Shown: positions 25,090-38,433, counted from the first letter of the stretch. The stretch: DNA of 64,000 nt from Camelus dromedarius (GCF_036321535.1 NC_087436.1:10602001-10666000); one strand, 5' to 3'. Numbers and translations are program-made. The notes: generated from the sequence alone by a model not told the origin.

Positions 25090-25560
25090 TGTGTAGCATT
25101 AGGGTCCCAGCAGGAAAAAAAAATAGTTTAACTGAAGATAGTTTATTGATGGGACTATTTACAGAAGTATGTACAGCATGCAGAAAATCTACAAGAGATG
25201 GAGAAGCCCCCCAGGGGTAGGAAGAGTGAGTTTTCATAACAACTCCTAAGAGTAAAGGGACAAAGTGAATGCTACCAGAGATTGGTAAAAGCAGAAGTGG
25301 TGCACAAGGTCTGCCTGATAGAGGTTATAACTAGAAGCAGAACAACGGCAGGAGGGAGGGAGCAGGAACAATATAAATACACGGGCCCCTTCTTCTTCCC
25401 TCCCTCCAGTCTCTGCCAAGTGTATCTCATTGCTGAGTCCACCTGCAAGCAGAGGGGAAGAGAGCTGGAGTGATGTAACACACCAAGGTTGACCTCTCAG
25501 GTCCCAGAGCAGGGCAGAGAAAGGCAGAGTGGGTCTGGAGAGCCAACCGGGATAGCCAGC
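25090..25560 (-). mobile_element. ERVL LTR, LTR33-like
   Basis: agggtcccagcaggaaa...agtttattgatgggactattttacagaag...ctcattgctgagtccacctgcaagcagagggga is the reverse LTR33 pattern. Confidence 0.65.
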
Positions 25561-25662
25561 TAGAGATATATCTTTTCAGTTCATCTACTGCATAACTTTG
25601 TTTCTAACTTCTGTAAACTAGGTGTTTTAACATCTGCCCTTCTTGCATATCTGGACACACCT

Positions 25663-26140
25663 TGTCGCAGGGAACCAATAGGATGTCTGAGACACCTTAC
25701 CTTGACCTCCTGCCCCTCTCCCAACACTCATCTCCCCTTTCCAAGAGGAGCCTCCTCCTGCAAGCACATTTTGCATCAGAACCAACCAACCCAGAGTCCA
25801 TACTCCCCACCGCCTCCTTTATTGGGCTCTTGCCCTCTGGGCTTAATCACCCCAGGGCCAGGCACCAGACAACCAGGGAGAGCCTCCATGCTCCAGACCC
25901 TGGTGACATCGTTCAGAGTAGCCAGTCCTAAGCCTGCCTCCACTATCTCACCAGTTCCTTCCTGCAGAAACCACAGTAAAGGCTGCTGTCCAGCCCTGGT
26001 GCTTCCCCATGTGGCCCCTGTGGTGTGGAGAGCTTCCCTGCTCTTGGGAACTGTGAGTAGTAAAGTATGTTTTTAATGGAAATTATCTCCTGATTTGTTG
26101 GCCTTACACATCAAGTTTTCTACTAACATGGTGAATTTAA
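25663..26140 (+). mobile_element. ERVL LTR, MER74-like
   Basis: ccagggccaggcaccagacaaccaggga...tagccagtcctaagcctgc...gaaaccacagtaaaggc...ttgggaactgtgagta recalls MER74. Confidence 0.7.
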
Positions 26141-27478
26141 AAAAATCCAGCTTGATGGCCATCTTATTACAATCTGTACATGTGCTGTATAACGAGAACT
26201 CATCATAAAAAAACGTGGTCCTTTTTTCTATTTAGACTCTCATGCTGATCTAATAGTTTCTATACCCACACCTTGACATCAGGAGGAGGAGAGGCCAACA
26301 AAGTAAAGCCTCCACCTTAGAAAACTGGAGGATGGAATCACTCTCTTTGGCAAACGCCCATCTCTCCATATTTCTTACACCATTGGTCTCAACTTCATCC
26401 AGTAACTTTATCCTGTGTCTAGATTCTAGATGACTATTTGCTGATTTATAAGTGGTACATTATTAATTCCAAGGCATTTTTGATGTTAAAAATGATTTGT
26501 TATGAGTTAAGGTTATTAAGCTTTACTTATATTACCAAATTTATTATCTCCCACTGTGTGATTTCATGAGTTAATCAATTATTTATATAATTGGCTATGA
26601 ATAAACTAATATAAAATAAAACAACAACAAAATATGATTACAGGAGACCATTAAGCTGAAGTAAAATGAAGGAAAACTCACTAATTCAATACATATCTTC
26701 AAGTTTATAGTCAATACGAACTTCTAACATATGGAATTTGACCAGATGCATACACACATATGTGTGTACTAGATTAGAGAGTAAAATAAGCTATTCACAT
26801 CTAGTCATTTATTTGGAGAAATGGAAAAAGCTCTGCATATTTGTCTAACTTTTTAAATTCAGCATACAGTGATGTTTGCTAATTCAGCTTTTTAAGATGC
26901 TTTGCAAACCAGGAGCCAAAGGCTGGTATAATACTGGATTCTCTGTGGAGCTTCCGGCCTCAGAGTAGCAACTCGTATTGGTTTTGACATGCCAATAAAG
27001 TCACACAGAAGGAAATGGGGTTGAAATTGCATTTGCCATGTAACTGTAAAAATCTAGGCTACAAAATTAAGTGAACGGTGGAGATGTTCTTAATACAAGA
27101 AGTCCTTTCTATGTGCTTTTACCACCAAAGACACACGGCTCATATCACCACAGCTGAAAAGATATCCATCACCTTTCCCAGTTCATATGGTCTAAGACAC
27201 ATACTCACTGGAAGTTGCATTCACAGAAAGAACTGTGATGAGAAGTATGAACGTTCATCTACTATTGCTACGTTAAGTGAATCTTCTGCTTAGGACATTA
27301 TTTCTTTCCACGTGCTCACACCATAAACAGACAAATAAATAAAAGCATAGACATGTTAGTTTTCTATGGTGGTACAATGCCACATGACAGTAGCGGTTTA
27401 GGGAATATTAAATGAGCAGTTTGGGAATTCTTGACATCTGGTTTAAGAAAATGGAAGTCGTCTTAATGTGAAGTATTT

Positions 27479-27802
27479 TTTTTTAACGGAAGTATAGTCA
27501 GTTTACAATGTTGTGTCAGTTTCTGGTGTACAGTATAATGTTTCAGTCACACGTATACATATATATATATTCCTTTTCATGTTCTTTTTCATTATAGATC
27601 ACTACAAGATATTGAACATAGTTCACTGTACTATACAGAAGAAACTTGTTGTTTATCTATTTTATATATAGTAGTTAGTATCTGCAAATCTCACACTCCC
27701 ATTTATCCCTTCCCACCCCCTTTCCCCACTGGTAGCCGTAAGTTTCTTTTCCAAGTCTGTTAGACTATTTCTGTTTCGTAAGTAAGTTCATTTGTGTTTT
27801 AC
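27479..27802 (-). mobile_element. Young camelid L1 3'UTR fragment
   Basis: Poly-T plus gaagtatagtcagtttacaatgttgtgtc...; perfect 12-bp TSD tgtgaagtattt (27467-27478, 27803-27814). Confidence 0.93.
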
Positions 27803-28545
27803 TGTGAAGTATTTGAATAGCTGGAATTTTCCCCTGTTGAGTACTATAAACCTGAGTTGTACTTTATGACATTTAACACTTCAGAAAAACCAAGGAAAAC
27901 AGACTGGGAATATGCATATTCATCCTGGGTAAAATAAAGCCCACCTCAAGAACTTTTACATATACATGAACTTTTATATACATACGTTTGAATTTTTTTA
28001 ATTAGACTTCTTAATTGGGATGAATGTGTGTTGATGGTTGATAAGCAGTTTTTAGAAGATGCGAATGTTAAATATATTTTCAACATCAATATGGGTTTGG
28101 ATTTTGCACTAAATATACACATGGCAATGTTGTTTTGTTTCCTCTTTAATGCTCAAAATGAGTTTGTTTAACACCAGCAAATATGTTTGTTGCTACTTCT
28201 CTCTTGTATTTAAAGGAGTGGCTTTATTTTGTACTGGGAGAGCTTCCAGTGTAGAAACTGAATACAGAAAGTAACACTGACCATTTTCTAATTATTCCTA
28301 TAATATAATAGGAAATAATAGGGAACTCCAAATTGTTAAATATCAACCTGATGAGTTATGCTGAAAGACTCCATCGGTACCATGGCATACGTATTTTATC
28401 AAATATATATTCACTACTACCTTTCTGGAAAGTAAGCAATTTTATTAGCTCTCAAATACTAAATTTCACTTAAAATCTCATAGGTAAGTATAATGACAAT
28501 GCTAATAGGATCATAATACAATAAACCTATTACTACATATTCTAG

Positions 28546-28990
28546 TATGAAGATGAGGCCAACAAGCTCCAGCTCTCGGTGTGTGGCAAATCTATCTAGG
28601 TACTTGTCACGCAGACAGAGAATTCCGTGGCAGCACCTAAATGTGCAAATTAAACATATTTAATGCGGCAAGAAGAGAAGTTAGCCTTGGAGGGAGCCCT
28701 GAGCCTGTCCTAGTCACCAGAACCTCCACACCCTGTAGACCTGTGTCAGACGGCTTCCTGCTCCCCCCACACGGTACGGTGTATAGCTACACTTCCCACA
28801 GTGGCACTGAGCCTTTCTAGGGGAAATTGTTGTCTTCAACAAGCCTTATCTCTTCCTTTAGCCTGGAAACCACCCGTGGATGGAATGCCCGCCTACCTCC
28901 TCAAGTTACCTGCTACAGCGACTGCCACAGCAATTCCTTGGTCGATGTGTCCTTCGCAAGGACTTGCTGAGTGGGTGAAGGCATTCATCA
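28546..28990 (-). mobile_element. Probable solo LTR, family unassigned
   Basis: GC-richer block with LTR-like reverse U5/R text (cttgtcacgcagacagagaattccg...tatttaatgc) ending in ttcatca; TSD not clear. Confidence 0.5.
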
Positions 28991-29080
28991 CAGAGCCAAA
29001 TTCTTTTAACAAAGAGCACTGTATTCGAGATTAGAAGATTTAAATGTGCTTTCCCTTCCATCCTAACCAACAGCCCAGAG

Positions 29081-29219
29081 CCGTGGTTCTGACAGTGTGG
29101 GCCCAGTGCGGGCAGCTGGCTCTAGTCCTGATACACCGAACCAGAAACACTGGAGCAATCTGTGCTTTCACCAGCCTCCTGGGTGACTCTGATGTAGGCT
29201 AAATTTTGAGAACCATTGG
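29081..29219. mobile_element. MER5A-like hAT-Charlie MITE
   Basis: Termini cgtggttct...gagaaccattg and internal aatctgtgctttcaccagcctcctgggtgactctgatg. Confidence 0.75.
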
Positions 29220-31288
29220 TCTGAAGACTCACGACAGACTTATAACCTTTCACTTGCTCCTTTTTGTACTTCCCATAGCACATTAAATTGTTCTAGGGGA
29301 GGAGAGGCTATCCTCTGAGGGACCAGATGGCTGATGACTGGAGTCAGATCTGAGAACCTTGCTACTGGCCCTCCTTCTCCTCAAATCCCCCTACATCATC
29401 CTTTTTCACTTATAACATATTTCCCTCCCCTAATCCTAAAATAACTCCCACCAGGCTGTCTAAAAGTAGATATTGGATGGAACTGAGGTTCTAATGCTCA
29501 GCAAATGTAAGAAAAGGTAACTTTTTCAGCAATTCAGAAAAATGGAAGTTAAAATAAGGGCCCTCTGAGAGCTCTGGGACTCATGGAACTGAGGTGGCTC
29601 TGGTTACACATATTTAAAGTCACAGACGTGTACATCAAAAGAAAAAAGAGCCAATATTACCATAGGATAACTGAAAACGAAAGTCAGAGCATCCTAAAAA
29701 TCTCAAAAAGAATCTAACAACTAAACAAACAAACAAAAAACAAAAAAAGGACCCTCTAAAGGATTTTTCTTAATGAATACAACTTTGATTCATTTAAAAT
29801 TAATATTCTCTTAGCAAATTTTAGGTTTATGTTGTTCAAGTTTAGTGTTTTTTAATGCAGAAATAATGGTATGACACTGATGAAAGTGTTGTGCCTTAGT
29901 TTTTTTTTTTTAAAAACAACCCCCCCCAAAAAAAAACCCTGGTTCTGTAATATACTTCCTCCTCCTGATTTTCTTCCCTGCCGTTCTTGTCTCAAATAAA
30001 AGCAGCCCAAGACAGATTAGCAACTGCATGAGGGCAAGGGTAGAGTTTACTTTACTTTATACACGCAGCAAAGGACCGGAAAAATAATGTCAAGAATAAG
30101 GAAGGTCTGGTTTTACAATATTCACAAGCTAACAAGCCAGCCTGCCTCAGTTTCGTGGATGCTGGAAGGAAACACAGGGTTCCTGAGCCACAGGCAAAAG
30201 ACAGTTAATTACTCAGAGCAATGGCACCAGCCAAAGTATGACCATTTTCTTGCCCCAGTTCCCTGCACCCCACTTCTCACAGGCTGATGCAACAGGAGAG
30301 GCTACATGTGCATGTCCAGAGGTTTGCATTACAGGAAAGGGATGTCAGGCTTAATCCCAATGTTCTATACTGTGCCTGTGCCCCAGACGGACACGCTACC
30401 TTTATTATACCAGGCAGCCAGCACATCCTCCTTCCTCCCCAGAAGAAACATGACCTCGGTTTTCTAAGGCTGTTTGCTCCACAAATTTTCTTGAAAAGCT
30501 CATCCAGAACAAAAGCTATCACCGCCTCTGTTCACAGGATGTGCAGAAACACAAAGGCCCATGGAAAATTGTCTCTAACACACATAATAGATACTCATTT
30601 CCAGCTTTTGATGAATTGATGGAAACAATGAAAATGAGTCCAATTATAAGCACTATTTTGTAGCATTATCAGAGACTAATTATTGGTATAGTCTTAAATG
30701 ACCAATGGGAATATAATAATTTTCATCTTTCCTAGTAAAATAAATGCTTAATATGTCATTGCTTTATACTAGAAATTACAGCTTATTGGCAGAAATCACA
30801 TCCTTGTCCTGTAATGAGTTTATAATTCAAGATAAGAAATAGTAATAAAAACACAAATATATCGGACCTATAGTACATGAGTGAACACAAAGAACATCAT
30901 TTTCAAGACATCACTGTGTGTCCAGCAATGAGAAGAAAACTGAATTGCACAGTGAGGGTGAGCACTAGGGAAGGACCTGTAGAAATATGACCACTGGGAC
31001 AGGGGGAAGGGGAGCAGCCAGTAATTCGATGAGAACTCACAAGAAAAAAGCTTTATGGAAGAGGAAGTACTTCCAGATGTGTTTAAAGAGCAAGGGATGT
31101 CTTGGTGGAGAACAGGAAAGTGCATATTGAATATAGATTAATATTTTTATAAAAACACTAAAATGTGCTATATTAGAGTTTAAAACTCAGGACAAAATCA
31201 CTGCCACAGACTTAGTGATGTTAAATAAATGAATATTCCTCAAGGAAGTACAAGCTTCCATAAGTGTTATTAAAAATATATTTGAAGT

Positions 31289-31545
31289 ATATTTAATTAT
31301 ATTATTAATTATATATAATGTATTATATTATAGTATAATGCATTATATATGTTATATAATTATTAATGATATGTAATAGGTTAATATATATTAATAATTA
31401 TATAATATATAAATTATATTTATAATAAATTTATATATTTATATATTAAATATATAATTATATCATAAATAATATATTTATAATTTTAATATACAATTAT
31501 TATATTAAATAATATAATAATTTTATGTTGCTTGTTAATTATACA
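31289..31545. repeat. AT-rich low-complexity tract
   Basis: Nearly all A/T with degenerate (TA)n/(TAA)n; flanked by the direct repeat atatatttgaag. Confidence 0.85.
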
Positions 31546-31669
31546 TATATTTGAAGAAGAATATACAGAAATTTACTGAAAGGCATATCCAAATATATTT
31601 TTATAAAACACTCGTTTGATTACTCTTCTAATCCCAGTGACATCCATACCTCTGAAGCCCTGGCCAGAC

Positions 31670-31978
31670 TATGCCCATAACAGCTGAGAATGACCTTCAA
31701 CTGACAGCAGCAGAGAAACAGACCACAGTCCCACGCCACTTAGAAAGGATTATTCTGCCATGAATGAGCCTGGAGGCAGACTTTCTTCCAGGACCTTGCA
31801 TAGAGCCCAGGCCTCCGGTACCTTGATTCCAGTCTTATGGGATCTGGATCAGAGGACCCAGCTGAGTCCACATGGACTTCCCACCTACCTACCTACCCAA
31901 CTATTAGATAATGAGCGAGTGTTGTTTTAAACCACTCAATTTGTGGTGAATTGTTATGGTAGCTGGAAAACAAATACA
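31670..31978 (+). mobile_element. MLT1 LTR 3' part (MLT1D/E-like)
   Basis: gaatgagcctggaggcagac...gaggacccagctgag...gttgttttaaaccactcaatttgtggt...gaaaacaaataca. Confidence 0.75.
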
Positions 31979-32009
31979 GTCACATTCTGTTAACATATCC
32001 AACTTATCT

Positions 32010-32460
32010 TGCAAGTTTTACCAATACCCTCCATATTTGACCATGGAGTCTTCTAATTCTAGTCTGTTCTTCACTTTTGTTTTCTGAACAAAAAAGTTCT
32101 TTCACCACTATTATTTTGTTCTTAACTCTTCCAAAGACCTCTGTAGGCTGTTTCTGAAGAATAAGGTCATATCCATCCTTCAAGACGTAGCCTAGTCCTG
32201 AGTGCAATGATTTTTATCTTTGGGCAGCTGGGCCTAAAGAAATTTCTAATCTGATGAACGTCAACATTCATATTATGCAAATCCATCTGTAAGCAGATAT
32301 TTATTGTACTGTACTGTAATTACTTATTTTTTTTCATTTATTCATCCCATTTCCCAGTTGAGATTTGTAGCTCCTAGTGGGAAAAGATATTATTTCACCA
32401 CCTAATAACTGTCTTCTTTCTCAACACAGTGCCTATCACATTCAAAATTCTCTCAAAAGG
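32010..32460 (+). mobile_element. L2 fragment
   Basis: Degenerate L2 3' region (gatttgtagctcctagtgggaaaaga...aacacagtgcctatcaca). Confidence 0.45.
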
Positions 32461-34029
32461 TCATGGTAGTTAATATATGTTGGTTCTTTCTACTGAAAAA
32501 AAGCAAAATCAAAAGATAAAACAATACAAAAATATCAATAGAAATGGAATATAAGATAACGTTAGTAAAAATTAAGTTGTAAGAAAAATGGCCCCTGATC
32601 TTGTGTCAGATGCCCAGTCACCTGAAACATTTATGACTACTCAATTCCAGTTTTACAAATAGAAATTTTTAAAAGTCAGTGTAAACACATCTACGCTTTT
32701 ATTTCTTATTTACAGTTTAAGTCTATTAGGCACTTCCTTCAAATTCAGCACATTATCTTATAAATTTTGATGTCGAATATTGTTAATCATTCCCAGCTGA
32801 CCCCAGAAGCACATGATTGCACTGCGCAAAATGAAAGTTCAAGAATCTAACATATAAAATGGTCTATGTAGAGAAAAAGTTGAAACTAATGAGACCAAAT
32901 AAGTGATAATGTTAGAGAGAGTGTAATTTCAACAACAGCAAAACCTTAATCAGACCACCCAAAACATAGTTTTTATATTGCATTCCAGCTACTTTTTCAG
33001 ACACTTCCAGAAACACGCAAGAGCTGAGAGGAAGCCAAAGGGCATCTGACCATCCCTCTGCTGCGCAGCTGCCCGTCCTTTGTCTTGGTTGGGCTGCTTC
33101 TCTCAGTGTGTGCTAGCTTTTTAAAGGTTCTTACAGAAAACAACGAAGTACACAACTAACTTGTACTTCTGAAAACCTCACTAGGAACCTAATTTTTGCT
33201 TGACATAGATATTGCACTGCATTTAGGGACCATCGAAGTTCTTTCTTTTCCACTTCAGTTCTCGGTCTCGTTCCTAGTCATGACACTGAAAGTACTTTCC
33301 TCAGGGGTCTTGCTTTCAAATTTTTTAAATTTGCAGATGTCAACTTATCTAACTTAGCATCTTGCCTTAATTATGCTGAAAAGTCCTTTCAAAATCTTCC
33401 AATTTCCTTGGAATTTTTGTCGTATGGATACAAAAAGCTATTAACAATTCCCTTCTAGACTTGATTGTTAGGGTAAGTTTTTTTCCCACTTTTTTTTGCC
33501 TTAAATATGTTATATCTTATCATCTTTTAGCTGCCTTCATAAAAGATTTTGTATACCTTTACATCCTATCTAATCAATCCTTACCTATAGGGGGGAAAAA
33601 GCATGGAAAACCAACTCTATGTAATTATCTTACACAAAAATTTATAATCTAATGAATAAATCTGCTAATTATTAACTGTCAATATTTACTGAACACTAAT
33701 TAATAGATGGTAAGAACTGAACATATTAAATATTAGTCTGTTAGTTGGGTTATATTATATCATCATGATGTAATAATGTGCAGCCACTGATAAGCACATC
33801 TTTTATAAAATACTTAGCCAACTTGAGAAATGCACCTGACACATTTTTAAGAAGGTAAGGCAGTTTAGAACACAGTATATATGATTTGCTCCGTGAGTGT
33901 GTGTGTGTGTTTTCATGTACCAGATAAACAAGAATGTTAACAGGTTTTTCCTGGTGGGGAAAAAACTATGTTCTTCTTCGTGCTTTTCTATATATCCTCA
34001 ATTTATATTCTTAATCTAATGAGTAACTT

Positions 34030-34230
34030 TTGCATGTTAACTTTGGGCCAGACGCTCTACTAAGTCTCACATCTGGATGAGACAGGTTATATTTGTCTCC
34101 CTAACTAAAGAGGTGCCCATCACTTACAGAGGAGAGGTAACTCTCCCGAGAACATGCGAAGAGCAGCAGCAGCGCCAGCATCTATCTTGGGTCTGTCTGA
34201 GTCCACAGCCCAGATACTTAACTGCCATGT
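34030..34230 (-). mobile_element. MIR SINE
   Basis: gggccagacgctctactaag...gagaggtaactctcccgagaacatgc...gggtctgtctgagtccacagccc. Confidence 0.55.
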
Positions 34231-34464
34231 TATTCAGTGACATTCAAGGGAAACAAAGAAGGCAGTGCATCAGGGCTACAGCAGCCTCCAGAGATAACAC
34301 AGGATTTATAGAGAATTCACTGATTCTTTCCAAATAATGGAGCACTTTTAGAATAACCTAGAAGACACGTCTACCCACATTGTCCTCTCAAAACGCAAAA
34401 GACTTTTTATTTGCATCCATGGAAAGTGAATATTGCAACAGTGAGAATTCAAATATTAAAAACA

Positions 34465-34470
<6 letters not shown>

Positions 34471-34501
<31 letters not shown>
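34471..34501. repeat. (AT)15 microsatellite
   Basis: Perfect dinucleotide run. Confidence 0.97.
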
Positions 34502-34505
<4 letters not shown>

Positions 34506-34599
34506 TATGTATATGACTGACCTACTGATAATGACTGACCTACCGATAGTAACTAAAGTCCTTGCTATCTTACTTCAAAAAAAAAATCTGGTACCCATC

Positions 34600-35056
34600 T
34601 TATAAGACAATTCTCTGAGCTGTTTCTACACATCTATGACAGCTTTTTTTGTTTTGTATTATCTCTTCAAGGATGTTTTCAAAACAGTCTTGGAAGTTAG
34701 AGACCACGTCCCTCTCATATCAGGATAATAAAGCTAATGCCTTCCTCGTAGGCAAAGATTGGATAGGTTTGCTAGAAACGCTTTATAAGGTTAAAGGTTT
34801 CCCAAGCTCGGGGTTCCCTGGCTGAGACACAGACCTACTATGTGCACAGCACCCACCTGAGTGGCTTCTCATCTCTCCTGGGAAACAAAGAGAAAGGGAA
34901 ACTGAGGCAACTGAAGCATATTCTGCCTGTTGTGCTGGGAACACCAATCTTTCATCTCTGACCCAGAGGTCTTGTGTCTTCGCTGGCATCAGCGGACTTA
35001 TTGGCAGGGTAACTTATTATCTTGCAAGTGGGTAAATTTCATGGCAGTTCTTGACA
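34600..35056 (+). mobile_element. ERVL-class LTR (MER68/76/77-group-like)
   Basis: ctctgacccagaggtcttgtgtcttcgctggcatc...cttgcaagtgggtaaa...cagttcttgaca 3' end; exact family uncertain. Confidence 0.65.
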
Positions 35057-35657
35057 ACAGGATGGGAAATCATAGTAGTCACTGACAGGGAGTAAAATCT
35101 AATTAGGAGAATTGGAATAGAGGTATTTAAAATCCCCCTAGAGTAGAATCATGAAAGGCATCCTCACTGCAGGACTCTCCGCCCCAGTCAGGGTTTTCAC
35201 ACCCAGATAGCCTCTCTCCTTTTGTCTCATACAGTTTGTTCCTCTTTTCCACTTTAAGAGTTCTTCTAAAAGAGAATGTAATTAAATCTGCTTTGATAGT
35301 CAAAAAATAATAGGATCATTAAATTCTTCCAAATATTTAGTAAATTATTGGGGGAAGAATCATATTGATTTAGGAAAGCATCTGTGATTTGCAACACACG
35401 GGGCCTGGTAGAAAACCTTTCTAAATTCTGTCTGAAGAAAGTCTATTTGAATGCATGAGAAAGGTAGGGCATCCTTTGATGTTTCTTTCAAAGTTATCAA
35501 TGACTGTCTCATGGGTTTAGATTAAACCATGTGAAATTCTTGACAGTTGAGCATGTTTGACACATAATACTATTTCATATGGGTCATTCCCAGACGTAAG
35601 ATTTGAGAAGTGAAAATTAGGAGTCTAATGATAAATTTTGCTCAATGATGCTATGTT

Positions 35658-35816
35658 TTTAAAAAATATTTTTATTTATTTTTTTTGTTTTTGTTTTGGG
35701 GGAAAATAACTAGGTTTATTTATTTACTGATTTGTTTTAATGGAGGGACTGCGGATTGAAGCCAGGACCTCATGCATGCTAAGCAGGCACCCTACCACTG
35801 AGCTGCACCCTCCCCC
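35658..35816 (-). mobile_element. Camelid tRNA-derived SINE (Vic-1 type)
   Basis: Reverse complement ggggagggtgcagctcagtggtag...cttagcatgcatgaggtcctggcttcaatcc (A/B boxes) with bipartite A-rich tail; TSD ctatgtt/ccatgtt. Confidence 0.9.
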
Positions 35817-36899
35817 ACCATGTTGAATACAGTAAAAGCTTTAGCACAGTTCGTGATGGTGACAGTGACATTTGGCAGGGCCACATCTGCATGCGATTGC
35901 AGAGATTCAAGCATAATCTATCTCCTGGTTCTCCAGTTCATCAATAGTAAACTTTTGTTTGACATTTAGAAATACTTAAATCTCAGGGTTTTTATGCCCA
36001 GGCTACTTTTCCTCTAAAAAAGGTATTTTTCCTAACTGTGCCTACCCCTCGGAAAGCATTTAAAGCAGTGTTTTACTGTGTTCTTCACACACTTCCTTTC
36101 CATTAACCTTCTGAAATAGCCCTGTTTCAGCCCATAGTGACAGTTTTAAATACCTCACCGTTGTTCTCTATTTTATATTTCTTCCTCTTCCTTTATTATT
36201 TTTTGAGGGATTTCTACTCTCCAAGTTGAAAGTGATTTTAAGGAGATCTCATTCAACTTCCTCCTCTAATGCCGAAATCATCTCCTCAGCATCTGAAGCC
36301 AATATGCAGTTTATCGCTAAAAAAGTGGTGATTAGAAAAAAATGAAAAAAAAAAAAAACCTAAAAAAAAAAAAAAACCTCACTGCACCATGAAGAAGGCC
36401 ACCTTGATTTGGCGACAGCTCTAATTGTTAGAAAATTACTCCTTACAACATCATGTAATATGAAAGTTACAAGTGACTTTGGATATTGTCTCATTCCATC
36501 CTCTGTTCAATCTGTTGTGGCTTATGTGAGTGGGGAGGGGTGGTGAAAAAAAATAAGTGAGCAAATGGAAGAGGTACAGTGGGGTAGTGAAAACCACAGT
36601 GGAGGGAAAAACCCTCAATGATGTGACGAGACAGTAGGGAGAGGAAGCCCTTGGACTGGCTGGTCACGGACACCTCACTGAGCCCAGGCACCAGGTGCTA
36701 CATAAACATTTATTAGAAGAACAAATAAGTAAAATGAAAAGGAGAATAGCAATCGATAAATGTGGATTTATATTGAATTTCTGTCAACTTAAACGTTTTT
36801 CTTTTTGATTTAACACATGTTAGGTAAGGAGCATGGATTAGGGGAAAGAATACAGCCTCAGAGTAATGGTCCTCTGGATTAAATTTACAGAGACTCTGT

Positions 36900-37260
36900 A
36901 GAAAAACCCACACATACATAGGCATGCCACACTCTCCATCTTCTTTATTTATTCATTTATTTATTTATTTTGGTCTGTTTCAATTCACTAATTTATTGTT
37001 TTTGATGCTCAAATTGCCCCATCTTTGACTGATGGGAGCCTAGTCAGATTAGCTCCTGGGTCCTCTGACATGACTCCAGTGATATTCAATAGCTTCCTTC
37101 CTTTCTTTTTTTTTAAATTGAAGTGCCATCCTCTTTATTTTATATCCCCCATCATCCACTGGGCCAGATGTGGCTTGTAACAAAAAAAAAAAAAAAAAAG
37201 ATAAGAAAAGAAAAGAAAAGAAAAAAGAAAACCTGGTTTCCTGGAGACCTTTGAATGTTA
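36900..37260 (-). mobile_element. Old L1 3'UTR fragment (L1MC4-like)
   Basis: tttgatgctcaaattgccccatctttgactgatgggagcc...gctcctgggtcctctgacatgac. Confidence 0.6.
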
Positions 37261-37399
37261 GAGTTGAATGGTAGGTTTTTGTGTTCCCGTAAATGTGTTC
37301 TTCATTAAGTCACATCTGCATTATTGATGCTGCTCATCTCTGTCATCCAGGAAAGTTGCAGACGTCCACCCTCCAGAAGTGATCTTCAAAGAATTCCGA

Positions 37400-37740
37400 A
37401 GGTGTCCAATTGTCCATAAATACCTGCAGCAGCAGGGGAAAAAAAAAGTCCGACTGTCGCCTGCCAAGCAGCCACTCAGTTTGGGATCGTTACTGCAGGA
37501 CATGCCGTTGGTGGCCGGGCTGTACCTCCCGTCGCTGTCAGCATCCTCTGGTGCACCAAGGCTCTGGCCCCGCGCGCTTTCTCTCCCGCAACCCAGCACC
37601 TCCACCTCTTCCTTGAAGGGCTCCCTCCAGGCTGCCCCAGTCCCCCTGGTGGGTGCTGACTTCTCTGGGAGTACTTCCTGATGAATCACTTTCACAGGAA
37701 CTCACGTCAGGGTCTGCCTCTTGAAAATTCTTCCTAAAAT
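37400..37740 (+). mobile_element. ERVL LTR, LTR16-like
   Basis: 3' end ctgggagtacttcctgatgaatcactttcac...cagggtctgcctct...cctaaaa resembles LTR16 R/U5. Confidence 0.55.
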
Positions 37741-37807
37741 GTTCACGGCGTTATCTATTTCCAACCTGTATGTGGAGAGTAATCGATGGCTGCAGGAGAA
37801 CTCACAG

Positions 37808-38291
37808 CCCCCGCCGGCTTTGAGGGATTGCTAACCGCGCAGGCGCGCAGGGCTCGATGCTCAGGGCAGACCCCACGCTGACATCACAGGGTTAATACTC
37901 TGTGATTACCATCTTGAAATTCTTAATACTTTTTATCTTTGAATCTGTGTTTTGTTAGCAAAGGACGATGGGACCATGGAGCAAGTAGCAGGGTCCTGGG
38001 GCCTTGGCTTACACGTGGTCCAGCTCCTTGTGTCCCACACGGACACAGCAAGTGTCCATCAGGGGCCTGAGTGTGGCTCTGGCGGCGTTGCATGGAGGTG
38101 CAGAGTGGGGACCCTGCACCTGTGAATGTTGGTACTCATCCCCAGAGCATCTTTTTGCCTGAAGGAGTACGACATTAAATAGCAAATAAAAACATGATGG
38201 CACTTAAAGAGAAGGACTGCAGAAGACAACAAAAAGCTTTTTCCCCCTGCTCTTTGAACAAGGGGCCCCACAAATTATGTAGCTGGCCCTG
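37808..38291 (+). mobile_element. hAT DNA transposon derivative with MER53-like ends
   Basis: gccggct...catcttgaaattcttaata at the left and tttgaacaaggggccccacaaattatgtagctggccctg at the right recall MER53 termini, with extra internal sequence. Confidence 0.7.
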
Positions 38292-38433
38292 ATCAGGCCT
38301 TTTTCTTTGAGATAATTATAATAAAGACTGCAGTGCCTTGAATAAAAAGTATTATCTCATTCACATCGCAAGAAAATCCGCTAATTCCATCAAGCTAATA
38401 AGACTTGTACCCAGTAAATTGTCCTGAATCAAA

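Noticed and set aside
26751..26768. Perfect 18-bp palindrome tacacacatatgtgtgta
   Set aside because: Built from CA/TG dinucleotide runs; common by slippage.
35740..35816. tRNA-like sequence (also 40510-40585)
   Set aside because: Heads of SINEs with A-rich tails and TSDs, not tRNA genes.
37321..37695. Overlapping 100-124 aa ORFs
   Set aside because: They lie in a GC-rich LTR where stops are rare; no domain similarity.
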